From the NCBI GenBank assembly GCA_019058315.1, contig JAHPZH010000002.1, positions 96,001 to 160,000 of the forward strand: a stretch of 64,000 nucleotides of DNA. Reading direction: 5' to 3'. Numbering within the stretch: the stretch's first letter is position 1; every line of letters begins with the position of its first letter. This stretch comes from Candidatus Helarchaeota archaeon (GTDB lineage: Archaea > Asgardarchaeota > Lokiarchaeia > Helarchaeales > RDOG01). Both the position numbers and the translations under genes were made by a program. Below the pieces are notes generated by a model, which had not been told where the DNA came from, searched no databases, and worked only from the letters and a program-made list of their open reading frames with translations. Shown here piece after piece: positions 12,979 through 23,154 of the stretch.

Positions 12979-13513
12979 TTAATAATTTCCTTAGTCAACC
13001 AAAAATGGTATCATTCAAATTTTACCACTATTTTTCATATTTTCTTTTTATTTAAAATTTGCCTATTTTATAAACAAACCAAATTTGCATTAATAATAAA
13101 ATTCTATTCAATGATAAATAAAAGAATTAACAAGTTCATTAAAATTTCAATTTGATAAAAATAAAAAATCTTGAACCATATTATTTTACATAGAATTGAT
13201 AAAATTTAACTTAAAAAAAATAAAAATAGATATTTTTAAAGATTTGAATTTGAATAATTAGGATATTTTAGAAATTGATTTTATTAAATTATTATTAAAA
13301 AGTAACCATTAGGTCTTTAAATTTACAATTTTAAAATTATTTTAGATTTTTAACCTTAAAAATACAAAGATAAAACTTAGGATTTATGGAAAATCTAGAT
13401 TATTAAGTATTATAGTAGAAACTTTTTATCAAATATTAAAGTCAAAAGCATTTAACCGAAAAGATTATTAAAAGTTGATAATATAAATATTTTTAAGTTA
13501 ATAATGTATGTCG

Positions 13514-13634
13514 AGGTTAGAAATGTCGAAGGGTTAAGAAGACATAGACCTAAAATGAGCCCTTCTCTTGGAAGTCTACTTTTTAACCCCCTCCTCCCTA
13601 CATTCCCCTTTTACTTTTCAAGAGGAAGGGCTCA
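13514..13634 (+). ncRNA. Candidate two-hairpin structured RNA
   Basis: Hairpin 13514-13551; long stem 13556-13575/13613-13634; loop-loop complementarity; TATAAA about 25 nt upstream. Confidence 0.5.
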
Positions 13635-13800
13635 CCCAAAACTAATAAATAACTTTCAATTATACATCCTAATCATATTTACATGATTCTATTCGCGACT
13701 AGATCCATTTTAGGAATAAATCATGAATTTTTTAAACCCAATTATCGAATATTGAAAGATAAATCGGAAGTGGACGAATATAAATAATGAAAAACAGAGA

Positions 13801-14562
13801 ATGGACGAAATAATAAAACTTCTTAAAGAAAAATATACAGTAGATATCCATTTTAAGGATAATCCATTTGAAATGTTTATTCGTACTATCTTATCTCAAA
13901 ATACTAATGATAAAAATAGAGATAGAGCTTTTCAACGCATGAAAGAAGAATTTGAAGATTTAACACCTGAAAAATTAGCTAATTCGGACTTAAAAAAAAT
14001 TGAGGATGCAATAAAAGTAGCAGGATTGTATAGAGTAAAATCTGTTAGAATTCACGAGATCTCAAAATATATTATGGACAAATTTGATGGAGATATCGAT
14101 AAATTATTAACTCTTCCATTTAAAGAAGCTAGAAAAAAATTAATTGAATTAAAAGGTATTGGATATAAGACAGCAGACATAATGTTATTGTTTTATTGTA
14201 ATCATCCAACTATTCCTATTGATACACACATTACCCGAGTTTCAAAAAGGCTAGGTTTTGCGGAACAAGATGCAAAATACGAAAAAATTAGAGAAAGTTT
14301 AGAAAAACTTATTGAAACGGATATTACAGTTTATAAAGAATCCCATCTTCTACTTATTGAACTTGGTAGGGATACATGTAATGCAATAAATCCAAAATGT
14401 AAAAATTGTATCGTAGAAAGTCTATGCCCAAAAATAATAAAAAAACGAGAAAAGAAAAAGAAAAAAGTAAAGGTTAAGAGTAAAACTAAAAGAAAATCTA
14501 AAATTAAAGTAAAGAAAAAAACAAAAACTTCAACAAAGAAAACCAAAAAAACAAAAAAATAA
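13801..14562 (+). CDS. nth: Endonuclease III with Lys-rich tail
   Basis: ILSQNT, HhH LKGIGYKTAD, IDTHITRV, 4Fe-4S motif CNAINPKCKNCIVESLC. Confidence 0.93.
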   Translation: MDEIIKLLKEKYTVDIHFKDNPFEMFIRTILSQNTNDKNRDRAFQRMKEEFEDLTPEKLANSDLKKIEDAIKVAGLYRVKSVRIHEISKYIMDKFDGDIDKLLTLPFKEARKKLIELKGIGYKTADIMLLFYCNHPTIPIDTHITRVSKRLGFAEQDAKYEKIRESLEKLIETDITVYKESHLLLIELGRDTCNAINPKCKNCIVESLCPKIIKKREKKKKKVKVKSKTKRKSKIKVKKKTKTSTKKTKKTKK

Positions 14563-14599
14563 TATAATAGGTTGAAAGGATAATTAAAATTTTCTATAT

Positions 14600-15118
14600 T
14601 TATTTTAGAGCTGAGATTATTTCTCTACAGAATGCGGGTAAATCATCGGGCTTCCGAGAGGTTATTATATTGCCATCTCTAACTACTTCTTTATCTACAT
14701 AATTAGCACCCGCATAAATAACATCATCTTTAATAGCAAAGTAACATGTTGCAGTCTTACCTTCTAAAATTTTTGCAGAAACGAGTAATGATGCTCCATG
14801 ACAAATTGCAGCAATAATTTTATTTTTATCAAATGCAGTTTTTACCAATTTTACAACGGATGGATATCTTCGTAATTTATCAGGTGCCCATCCACCTGGA
14901 ACAATAACTGCGGAGTATTTATCAATATCTACTTTACTTGCTGGTAAATCGACAGTAACTGGATATCCATGTTTACTTTGATAATCATTGCTAGTACCGG
15001 ACCCAACAATAGTAACTTTAGCTCCTTCTTCGCGCATTCTTAATAAAGGATACCAAAGTTCAAGATCTTCATAATCATTTTCAGCCAAAACTATTATTTC
15101 TTTTCCCTTTAAACTCAT
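14600..15118 (-). CDS. pfpI: PfpI/DJ-1 family protein
   Basis: EDLELWYP, VPGGWAPD, AICHG, TSRKPDDLPAF. Confidence 0.93.
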   Translation of the reverse strand: MSLKGKEIIVLAENDYEDLELWYPLLRMREEGAKVTIVGSGTSNDYQSKHGYPVTVDLPASKVDIDKYSAVIVPGGWAPDKLRRYPSVVKLVKTAFDKNKIIAAICHGASLLVSAKILEGKTATCYFAIKDDVIYAGANYVDKEVVRDGNIITSRKPDDLPAFCREIISALK

Positions 15119-15238
15119 TCAAATTATCTCCGATAAACTTTGTAAAATTAAAATTACTTTGATATTATAATTGAAGAAATTTTAAAAAACCCTTTTTGAT
15201 TTCTTATAAAAGAATAAAATGCTTTCAGTTGAGTAATC

Positions 15239-16663
15239 GTGCCACGAGCTGATATAGATTCGATTTTCAATCCAAAGAGTGTTGCAATTATTGGAGCTTC
15301 AAGGCAAGAAACACGAAATGGATATCATGTTTTAAAAAATATCAAAGATATTAGTTTTACTGGAAAAGTTTACCCTATAAACCCTAAAGCAGATGAGATT
15401 CTTGGATTTAAAGTCTATAAACACCTCAAAGAAATTGAGGGGGATGTGGATAACGCAATAATCATATTGCCAACCAATATAGTAGTACAAGCGGTTCAGG
15501 ATTGTGTTGAAAAAGGAGTAAAATCGGTGATTATAATTACTGAGGGGTTTGCCGAGACCGGGACTGATGAAGGGAAAAATTTTCAACAAGAATTGAAAAA
15601 AATTGCCAAATCCAGCTCTATTCGCATTGTAGGACCTGGAACAATGGGAGTAGTTAACCTTCCTAATTTCACTTCAACATATGTGAACTTAGGAGGGCTT
15701 CAACAAGATGGTAAACTAGCTTTTATAGCCCAAAGCGGCATATTTGCTGGTGGGATGGTTCGGTATTTTGCATCTCATGATTCTAAATTGAGCAAGATCA
15801 TTAGTTTAGGAAATAAAATTGATGTTGATGATTCTGATATCATTGATTATTTAGCAGAGGATAAACAAACGAGAGTAATTGCTTTATACATGGAGGGAAT
15901 TAGTTCTGTGGAAAGACTCAAAAAATCGGCAAGAAATTTTGCTATAAAAAAAGGTCCAATTGTTCTATTGAAGGGCGGACGGACTCCAGAAGGAGCTAGG
16001 GCGGCAAGATCCCATACATCTTCTCTAGCAGTAGATGACCGAGTTTTTGATGGACTTGTTAGGCAAGCTGGCATGGTTAGAGTTGAAAGTCTTGATGAGT
16101 TTATAGACACAGCTAATGCGTTTGCGATTTATAATGGTCCAGTAAAAGGGAATAGGGTTGCAATTATTACTTATTCTGGGGCGGTTGGGGTTCTAACTTC
16201 TGATCAGTGTGTCCGTCATGGCTTGCAATTGGCCAAATTTTCTGATGAAACTAATGCAAAAATACACGAAGTGGTTCCAGATCGAAGGTGGGGTGGTAAT
16301 CCTATTGATACATACCCTGCAACCATTAAATCTGGCACTCAAAGGACTTTTACCACTTGCCTCGAAGCTTTAATGAATGATGAAAATGTAGATTGTGTTT
16401 TAATGACCGTTTGGGGAGATACACACCCGGATAGCCATGAAAATAAGTATAGTATGCTTGTTAAAAATTTAATTTTAAAATATCAAGAAAAGTATCAAAA
16501 ACCAGCTGTGATGGGTGTCCTTGGCGAAAAAATAGGTATTGAACGCCAAAAGAAATTTTTCACTGATAATGGGATTATTGCTGTAACCTTCATGGATAGA
16601 GCGCCAAAAATATTAATGAATATGTACAGATATTATCAATTTAAATCCAGATATTCGAATTAA
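15239..16663 (+). CDS. Acyl-CoA synthetase (ADP-forming) alpha subunit
   Basis: NPKSVAIIGAS, SLGNKIDVD, phospho-His motif ARSHTSSLA, NPID. Confidence 0.9.
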   Translation: MPRADIDSIFNPKSVAIIGASRQETRNGYHVLKNIKDISFTGKVYPINPKADEILGFKVYKHLKEIEGDVDNAIIILPTNIVVQAVQDCVEKGVKSVIIITEGFAETGTDEGKNFQQELKKIAKSSSIRIVGPGTMGVVNLPNFTSTYVNLGGLQQDGKLAFIAQSGIFAGGMVRYFASHDSKLSKIISLGNKIDVDDSDIIDYLAEDKQTRVIALYMEGISSVERLKKSARNFAIKKGPIVLLKGGRTPEGARAARSHTSSLAVDDRVFDGLVRQAGMVRVESLDEFIDTANAFAIYNGPVKGNRVAIITYSGAVGVLTSDQCVRHGLQLAKFSDETNAKIHEVVPDRRWGGNPIDTYPATIKSGTQRTFTTCLEALMNDENVDCVLMTVWGDTHPDSHENKYSMLVKNLILKYQEKYQKPAVMGVLGEKIGIERQKKFFTDNGIIAVTFMDRAPKILMNMYRYYQFKSRYSN

Positions 16664-16702
16664 AAAATTTAAATTATTTTTATTGGCGTTTTTTAAAAAG
16701 GG

Positions 16703-17088
16703 TGTGGTCGTGTGGGAAGAGTAAGCCCTTTTCTGTTACAGGAAGCATGTTTCCATGCGTTTCCTTTGATGGTATTCGGCTACGCGTCCTACCCGCTGGG
16801 TTCGTCACAGGTGCTCATCCCCAGCCTACTTGGACTTGCTCCCACAGTCTTGAGCTGTTTCAACGGTTCCACAAATCTTTTCAACGGATTAACTCAATTT
16901 TGTTGCCAAAATCTTCTCGGACCAAAGGTCCTCAGCCGCATCATCATCATATGATTTATGGGCGTGTCATTTCTGTTCTCAGTGGCGGAGTCTCCTCCGG
17001 TGGTTTACCCACACTGCTACCTGGAAGGAGAAGGACTTTCCTCAGACAAATAAATGTCCGGCGACCATCCTTTCTCTCACGACCACAT
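16703..17088 (-). ncRNA. rnpB: RNase P RNA
   Basis: GAGGAAAGTCC near the 5' end, AACAGAAAAGGGCTTA near the 3' end, terminal P1 stem GTGGTCGTG/CACGACCAC. Confidence 0.93.
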
Positions 17089-17186
17089 ATAATAATTGTC
17101 TTCATAACATAAAAATATTTTATTTAATCTTTACATTGTAATTGTGAAATCTAAATTTTTTCGTTATTTCAAATAATTGACAGAAA

Positions 17187-17735
17187 ATGAAAAGAAGAAA
17201 ATATGCTTCAAAGAAATGGAGGGCTGCTCCAGTCCGTTTATTTGTATATGATGCTCAACAATGTGATAAACATAAATGTACAGCTCAAAAATTGAAGAAT
17301 AAGGAATATGTGAAGTTTCTAAAAATTAATCAAGTGCCAACAGGTGCTATAATATTAGATCCTTTGGCAATGCGTTCAATTTCCAAAGAAGATCATGATT
17401 TTGTAATGAATGGGCTGTTAGCAATAGATTGTTCATGGAATAAGTATGATGAAACCATAACAAAATCAATAAAAGCAAAATTAAATAGAAGATGCCTTCC
17501 ATACCTAGTGGCTGCAAATCCAATCAATTATGGAATACCATCTAAGTTAAGCACTGCAGAAGCTCTTGCTGCAGCATTATATATTCTAGGATATAAGGAT
17601 TTTGCTCATGAAATTTTATCTTGTTTTAAATGGGGTAATAATTTCTTAATTTTAAATGAAGAACCACTTGAAGATTATTCGAAAGCTAAAAACAGTGCTG
17701 AGATAATTTCAATTCAAGAAGAATACATCCCTTAA
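17187..17735 (+). CDS. tsr3: SSU rRNA aminocarboxypropyltransferase Tsr3
   Basis: QCD..KCT, IDCSW, RCLPYLVAANPINYG, LSTAEALAAAL, FKWG. Confidence 0.93.
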   Translation: MKRRKYASKKWRAAPVRLFVYDAQQCDKHKCTAQKLKNKEYVKFLKINQVPTGAIILDPLAMRSISKEDHDFVMNGLLAIDCSWNKYDETITKSIKAKLNRRCLPYLVAANPINYGIPSKLSTAEALAAALYILGYKDFAHEILSCFKWGNNFLILNEEPLEDYSKAKNSAEIISIQEEYIP

Positions 17736-17828
17736 ATAGAATTTTTTCATATAGATTATTTTTAAAAGCAAAGATTATCTAATTAATTGGTAGAGTCTTG
17801 TTGTTTTTTATTGGAAAAAAAAAGATTT

Positions 17829-18013
17829 AGCGCGATAGGGTAGTCAGGAGATCTCCTGATAAGCCCTTTGGTGAAAATTTGGAGACTTGATATCCCGCAG
17901 GGCTCATAAATCGTAAGATTTATTTCTAAAAATTGAGAAACCCTGAGATCGGTGGTTCGAATCCTTGGCGGACACTATTGGACACCGAGGCGAAAATCCA
18001 CCTCGCGCTACCA
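17829..18013 (+). tRNA. Initiator tRNA-Met(CAT) with three introns
   Basis: A1-U72 pair, GGG/CCC anticodon stem, encoded CCA; BHB-type introns at 17851-17891, 17909-17939 and 17962-17996. Confidence 0.92.
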
Positions 18014-18233
18014 CTTCCCTTCTTTTAAAAATTAAATAAATAGAATGTATTTCGTGTGTTTTTTAATAATATTTGATAATAGGTTTAATAATTTCTGATA
18101 ATGATGCTAAAATTTTAGTAATGTTTGATAATGCTCTCTAATATAATGATGATATTCAGAAATTTTCTGAATTATATAGAGTAAGGTGAAAGCATTATTA
18201 AAGAAAAATTTAATAACTTTTTAACTTTAATTT

Positions 18234-18620
18234 ATGATTATGGATAATAAGTGGAAAGGTGTGATAATTGAAGAAAGTCTGGATGACAAATCTATTCTTG
18301 ACAGGGTCAAAATTGTTAAGTCTAAAAAATCAACATTGGAAAAAGAAGCTGAAAAAGGCACAATGACATTCCATTACATTGAACTAAATCTTGAAAAGAA
18401 AGATGGATTTGTAAAAAAGGCTCTTGGCTCAATCAAAGATGGCTGGTATCTCCATATCTGCAAAGATGGTGTTATGGTAGTGATTTATAGAAATAAGGTG
18501 TTTGAATTCTCATCTGATGAGCAAGATAAACTTAACCAAGCAAGAGATTATGGAATATCTATTAGCATTCTAAAAGAACAGATGCCATTTGAAGTTTTAG
18601 TTAAAAATCCATATGGTTAG
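18234..18620 (+). CDS. Hypothetical protein
   Basis: 128-aa ORF, KGVIIEESL..GWYLH. Confidence 0.7.
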   Translation: MIMDNKWKGVIIEESLDDKSILDRVKIVKSKKSTLEKEAEKGTMTFHYIELNLEKKDGFVKKALGSIKDGWYLHICKDGVMVVIYRNKVFEFSSDEQDKLNQARDYGISISILKEQMPFEVLVKNPYG

Positions 18621-18722
18621 TTGTTTGTAATTACAAAAAAGTATAAGTGAAATTATAAATTTTTCAAACACAAGCGATAAAAAGAAAGTATTTAATAAAC
18701 ATTTTAACTTTAATTGATTATT

Positions 18723-18791
18723 ATGAACGATACTCTTATCTTTTTAAGACATGGTAAGGTAAAGATAAATAGAAGATATTCAAAAATTTAA
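18723..18791 (+). pseudogene. Histidine phosphatase N-terminal remnant
   Basis: MNDTLIFLRHGKVKINRRYSKI then stop; RHG motif. Confidence 0.45.
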
Positions 18792-19046
18792 TGAAATTTT
18801 TGATAAATTTAGAAATAAAGAAAAGTCCTATTTAAAACTATTATACTTGAATTGAAAGATCACATAAAACAATTTCAAGATTGTATTAAAGAATATAAGA
18901 TGCCTTATCTAATCATTAATCATTATCAAACATTTATAAAAAAGGCATTTCGATCTAAAAAGTATTATTTGCCAACAATAAAAGAATTATAAAAGAGAAC
19001 AAAATTAATAACATTATATAAAATAAAAATAACAGAGGGTGTTAAT

Positions 19047-19916
19047 TTGCCAATTCACATAATTCCTGATAATTCTGAAAACTTAATCGAAGGGGCATAT
19101 TTACCTGGTGAAATTTTAAGAGGAGAAATTATTGTTAAAACGAAGAAAAGAATTAAAGCAAGAAAATTAAGTGCCATTTATGTAGGTATGGAACATACAT
19201 CCGTAACAAGAGGTGGCGGGAAAAATAGTCACACCTATTCTGAAACATATTATCATTTCAATATTGAAGATGTTTTTATGGAACCAAAACCTGGTGCGAA
19301 TTCTATAATTCTTGATGGTAGTTATAGCTTCAATTACGAATTTGAAATTCCAGAAAATGCTCCACCATCATTTAAACTCCATAATTCAGTAATTCAATAT
19401 TTAATAGATGTTAAAATTGATAGAGCTATGACCTCAGATATACATAAGAAATTAGGATTTCTTGTAATACCAAATTCCCTTGAAAAAATAGAACAAGGAC
19501 CACTAACTGATCTTATGAGAGCAGATAGTTATATTCCAGAGTGTACATTAACATGCAAAAAAGAAATATTTAATGAAGGAGATACAGTTGATATAGAACT
19601 CAATGTTCTAGTTAATAGAGAACCAAAAATAAATGATATTAGAATTTCTATAGAATCGATATCTACTAAAACTGCAAGAGGCTACACTGATACATTTCCA
19701 AGTATAATCAAAGGTTGGAAAATTAGTAAAAAAAACCTGAAAATAGGCGAAAATCTATTCAACTTATCCTATGAAATTCCAATGAATATACCTTATTCTG
19801 TATTGGGAATGCTAATAAAAAGAAATTATTTTGTTCATTTAAAGCTAAATAGACGATTTCATCCCGATAACCATATCTGGCTTCCTATTATTATAGTGCC
19901 ATCTATAATAGAATAA
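19047..19916 (+). CDS. Arrestin-fold protein
   Basis: YLPGEILRG, GMEHT, YSFNYEFEIPENAPPSF, IQYLIDVKIDR; second beta-sandwich. Confidence 0.8.
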   Translation: MPIHIIPDNSENLIEGAYLPGEILRGEIIVKTKKRIKARKLSAIYVGMEHTSVTRGGGKNSHTYSETYYHFNIEDVFMEPKPGANSIILDGSYSFNYEFEIPENAPPSFKLHNSVIQYLIDVKIDRAMTSDIHKKLGFLVIPNSLEKIEQGPLTDLMRADSYIPECTLTCKKEIFNEGDTVDIELNVLVNREPKINDIRISIESISTKTARGYTDTFPSIIKGWKISKKNLKIGENLFNLSYEIPMNIPYSVLGMLIKRNYFVHLKLNRRFHPDNHIWLPIIIVPSIIE

Positions 19917-20153
19917 TTTTATTAGTAGAATATGGAATTATTAGATCAAAATTAATCGATCTTGAATGCAACTCCCATTGCTTACTTTCTATATAAATTC
20001 AGTTGACATAGCACAACCTTTAGAGATTATCTCTTCCTTTAAAATAACACTTTTAGGTTGTTTATATCTAAAAAAGTCATCCATAATCTGATCAAAATCT
20101 GTATCTATGACTTTCAAGAAAATTAATCTAATTAGATGGGTAAATAGATCATT

Positions 20154-21128
20154 ATGGATTTTGACTTTTTTATGACCCATTATATAAAAATTAACGATGT
20201 AATGCCAATAGTAATAGGTTATGAGAATTATTCACCGAAAAAAGTCGAATTTTTAAAGAAATACCAAGGAAAACAATTTATTCACTCCGGGAACTGGTGG
20301 GGGATTGACGTAAAGAAAAGAACTAAAGAAAAAGTGCTAGAAAATCAAGAAAAAATGTTTATCAAAAATAAAACTATAGGATTTATGTCGATGAATGTTC
20401 CTGCGAGTTTAAAACGCCCAGATTATTGGAATATGCCAAAGAAAACTAGAGAGCGAGCAATAAATTCTTGTTTAGAGAATGCAAACTGGGTTTTAAAGAA
20501 CAAAAATATAAAAACCAAAATATATTGTTCCTTGGAAGTCACAACATATCAAGAAAGTATGAGTTGGTTTAAAAAAGCTATGGATGCGGGTCATGAAGCT
20601 TATTGTAGAGGTATAGCTGAATTTTTAAGAAGTCCAAAATATCGTAAAGAAGGACTAAAAAAAATAATGGAAATTACAATTGGTGCAAGGAATATAATAG
20701 GTGATAACCCTTTTCATCTTTCTGGAACTGGTAGTTTATATTTAATGCCGATTTTAGCCTATTTAGGTGCATCAAGTCTTGATGGAAGCACTCCAATTAC
20801 AAGTGCTCTAGCAAGGGGAACTATATATGACAAAAATGGTAAAGGATTTAAAGCTAGCTCTCTAAAAACATGGAAATGTGAATGTGATGTGTGCAAAGAA
20901 TACAGCGAAAAAGAAATAATTAGATTATTTAATACTGATAGACATTTTCGAGTATTACATAATATTGAGATATGGAGGAATGAGATTAATAAAATAAAAT
21001 CTTGTCATGATAGAAATGAGCTTAAAGAAATGATAGAAAATTCAATTAAGACCAAAAAATCTAAATATTTTGAAAGAACTTGGAATGAAACTAACGAATT
21101 ATTGAAAAAATTCAATATGGGGATGTGA
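20154..21128 (+). CDS. Divergent tRNA-guanine transglycosylase-like protein
   Basis: PFHLSGTG, LGASSLDGSTP, zinc site CECDVC..HN. Confidence 0.7.
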   Translation: MDFDFFMTHYIKINDVMPIVIGYENYSPKKVEFLKKYQGKQFIHSGNWWGIDVKKRTKEKVLENQEKMFIKNKTIGFMSMNVPASLKRPDYWNMPKKTRERAINSCLENANWVLKNKNIKTKIYCSLEVTTYQESMSWFKKAMDAGHEAYCRGIAEFLRSPKYRKEGLKKIMEITIGARNIIGDNPFHLSGTGSLYLMPILAYLGASSLDGSTPITSALARGTIYDKNGKGFKASSLKTWKCECDVCKEYSEKEIIRLFNTDRHFRVLHNIEIWRNEINKIKSCHDRNELKEMIENSIKTKKSKYFERTWNETNELLKKFNMGM

Positions 21129-21192
21129 TTTAATCTCGAAATTAATTTTAACTATATTTTTTATACCAACTATTGATGAATTCACTGGAGAT

Positions 21193-21819
21193 TTGACATA
21201 CACCTTCGATATATTTGAAAGCATAGATAAAATTGAGACATTAGTTATAGTTATGCCTGAAGAATTCTCAATTGCACTAGAAGATGAGGAAGAAGATGTA
21301 CATCCCTCAATCGTGGTGAAACTCACTTTCTATGATTTAATACAAACTTGGTCTAAACTGCTTTTAGCTGATAAAATTGTAATTTATCATGACATTGAAA
21401 TAGATAAAGCCGGGATAGAGTTAGAGGGATTTCGAAATAAATTTTGGGGAATAAAAAATGATCCTCTATTAGATTTTATCCACATAGGGCGAAAATATTT
21501 TGTTTGGCTTCAAGAACAAATTAAAAATGTAGACGTTGGAAATAAGGAAATGTATACTTTCTTTTCCAAATTTTACCAAAAGGAATGTCTTGTAGATTTT
21601 GATGAGACTGATTCTCTTCAGAAGATTATCTATGATAGTTTAATAAAACAAATGAGAAAAATATTTGAAAAAAGGAAAAAATATACACGAAAATTAACTC
21701 AAAAAATTTATGAAATTCTAGATCAACATTATAAAAACCAAGCTATAATTGAATGGGATAATTTAATGAAACATGGAAAACTATTATATTATGCACCGAA
21801 AAAGAAACCTATTTTTTAA
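21193..21819 (+). CDS. Hypothetical protein
   Basis: 208-aa ORF, TTG start after GGAG. Confidence 0.65.
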   Translation: MTYTFDIFESIDKIETLVIVMPEEFSIALEDEEEDVHPSIVVKLTFYDLIQTWSKLLLADKIVIYHDIEIDKAGIELEGFRNKFWGIKNDPLLDFIHIGRKYFVWLQEQIKNVDVGNKEMYTFFSKFYQKECLVDFDETDSLQKIIYDSLIKQMRKIFEKRKKYTRKLTQKIYEILDQHYKNQAIIEWDNLMKHGKLLYYAPKKKPIF

Positions 21820-21824
21820 TCAGA

Positions 21825-22637
21825 TTATGAAAATGAATTCAATTTCTCATTAAAGGCATTTATATCCTTTTCTAATTCACCATCATCAAGATTATTTGCA
21901 TTCCCCGCCATACTAATTTGTGTCTTTGTTTGAGTAATTAATTGTTTTCCATCAAAAAAAATCGAGCAAATTCCCTCATGTAAGATGAAAATAGATAAAG
22001 TTTCAGATGAATCGGTCGATCTACTATTTTTTAATCCAACTAAATATCCATTATACTCGCTAATTCTGGACTTTTCTTGATCAACTTCAATTGTTTCAGC
22101 TAAAGGCTTTTTCATCTTGATAGTCTTATATCCTAAATCTTCTAGGAAACTACGAAGTGTAAGATGTAAGAAATTAGGATGCTCTTGTACTTCAATTTTC
22201 TTTTCATGAAAAAATTTGAATTTTCTTAAAGTCAATGTATCAAAAGATGGTGTTTTTTCAAGAACTTTTTTAATATCCTTATCTTCTTCCGTTATTGAAG
22301 AGTCTGTCTCTGATTTAAGTTTTAAACCTTTAGGAATATATGATTTAATTTTATCTTTTATAGAAGTTTTCTTTTCCACACCCCATTCTTCAATAATATC
22401 ATCAAATCCAGTAATTTGACCTTTAACTTCTATTGGTTCTAAACCTTGTTCCTTTCTAAGCTCCAGTTCTTTAATTTTTTTGTTGATTTTTGCTAAAAGA
22501 GCTTTTTGTTCGTCAAATTCTTGAAAATATTCAGCAGCGCTAATAGCCCCTCGCTTTAAATTTCGATCTAATATTTCAAAATTATCTATGACGTCTTTTT
22601 TTTTGAGTTTTAGATCTTTAAGCTGTTTTTCGTACAA
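21825..22637 (-). CDS. Coiled-coil protein with C-terminal HPNFLH domain
   Basis: GAISAAEY helical hairpin; C-terminal domain resembles that of 1796-2635. Confidence 0.7.
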   Translation of the reverse strand: MYEKQLKDLKLKKKDVIDNFEILDRNLKRGAISAAEYFQEFDEQKALLAKINKKIKELELRKEQGLEPIEVKGQITGFDDIIEEWGVEKKTSIKDKIKSYIPKGLKLKSETDSSITEEDKDIKKVLEKTPSFDTLTLRKFKFFHEKKIEVQEHPNFLHLTLRSFLEDLGYKTIKMKKPLAETIEVDQEKSRISEYNGYLVGLKNSRSTDSSETLSIFILHEGICSIFFDGKQLITQTKTQISMAGNANNLDDGELEKDINAFNEKLNSFS

Positions 22638-22685
22638 TATCTTTCATCAAATACTAACAGAAATAATAATATTTAAAGGTTTAAA

Positions 22686-22814
22686 TGGTGGGACCGCCGG
22701 GCTTCGGTCCCGGGATCTCTCGGTTTCTAAAATATCTTTAATCAAATTATCAGCCGAGCGCTTTAACCATTCTAGGTGTAGCCGATCTGACTCCACAAGC
22801 TAAGCCACGGTCCC
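22686..22814 (-). tRNA. tRNA-Ile(GAT) with two introns and an atypical T-loop
   Basis: Cloverleaf forms after removing 22770-22797 (D-loop) and 22725-22747 (37/38); encoded CCA. Confidence 0.88.
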
Positions 22815-23017
22815 AATTATGTCTAGACCTTTCTTATATCTTCCTAAGTCACAAAATCTATAATTTTTTAAATTCTTTTTGCTGAATCTCAAATCACAGA
22901 TTCATAGTATTTAAACTGTTGATTTTTTTTAAATATTACTTTTTTCATAATATTCAGAATACTCGTAACTTCCTAAAAAAATAAAAAATTTTTAGGTATT
23001 AGGTTCATTATTTTATA

Positions 23018-23123
23018 TGGTGGACCGGCCGGGACTCGAACCCGGGACTTGTGGTTGAAAATAATTATATTTTCAATCTCCACATTGCGAATGTGGCGAT
23101 CATACCAACTGATCTACCGGCCC
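23018..23123 (-). tRNA. tRNA-Ala(CGC) with a variable-loop intron
   Basis: G3:U70 pair; BHB intron 23049-23077 at position 45/46; encoded CCA. Confidence 0.92.
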
Positions 23124-23154
23124 TATGCAAATTCAACTTTAACAATTTATTTTC

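Noticed and set aside
13504-13686. 60-aa ORF
   Set aside because: Better explained by RNA secondary structure
16702-17112. ORFs of 136 and 80 aa
   Set aside because: Antisense to RNase P RNA
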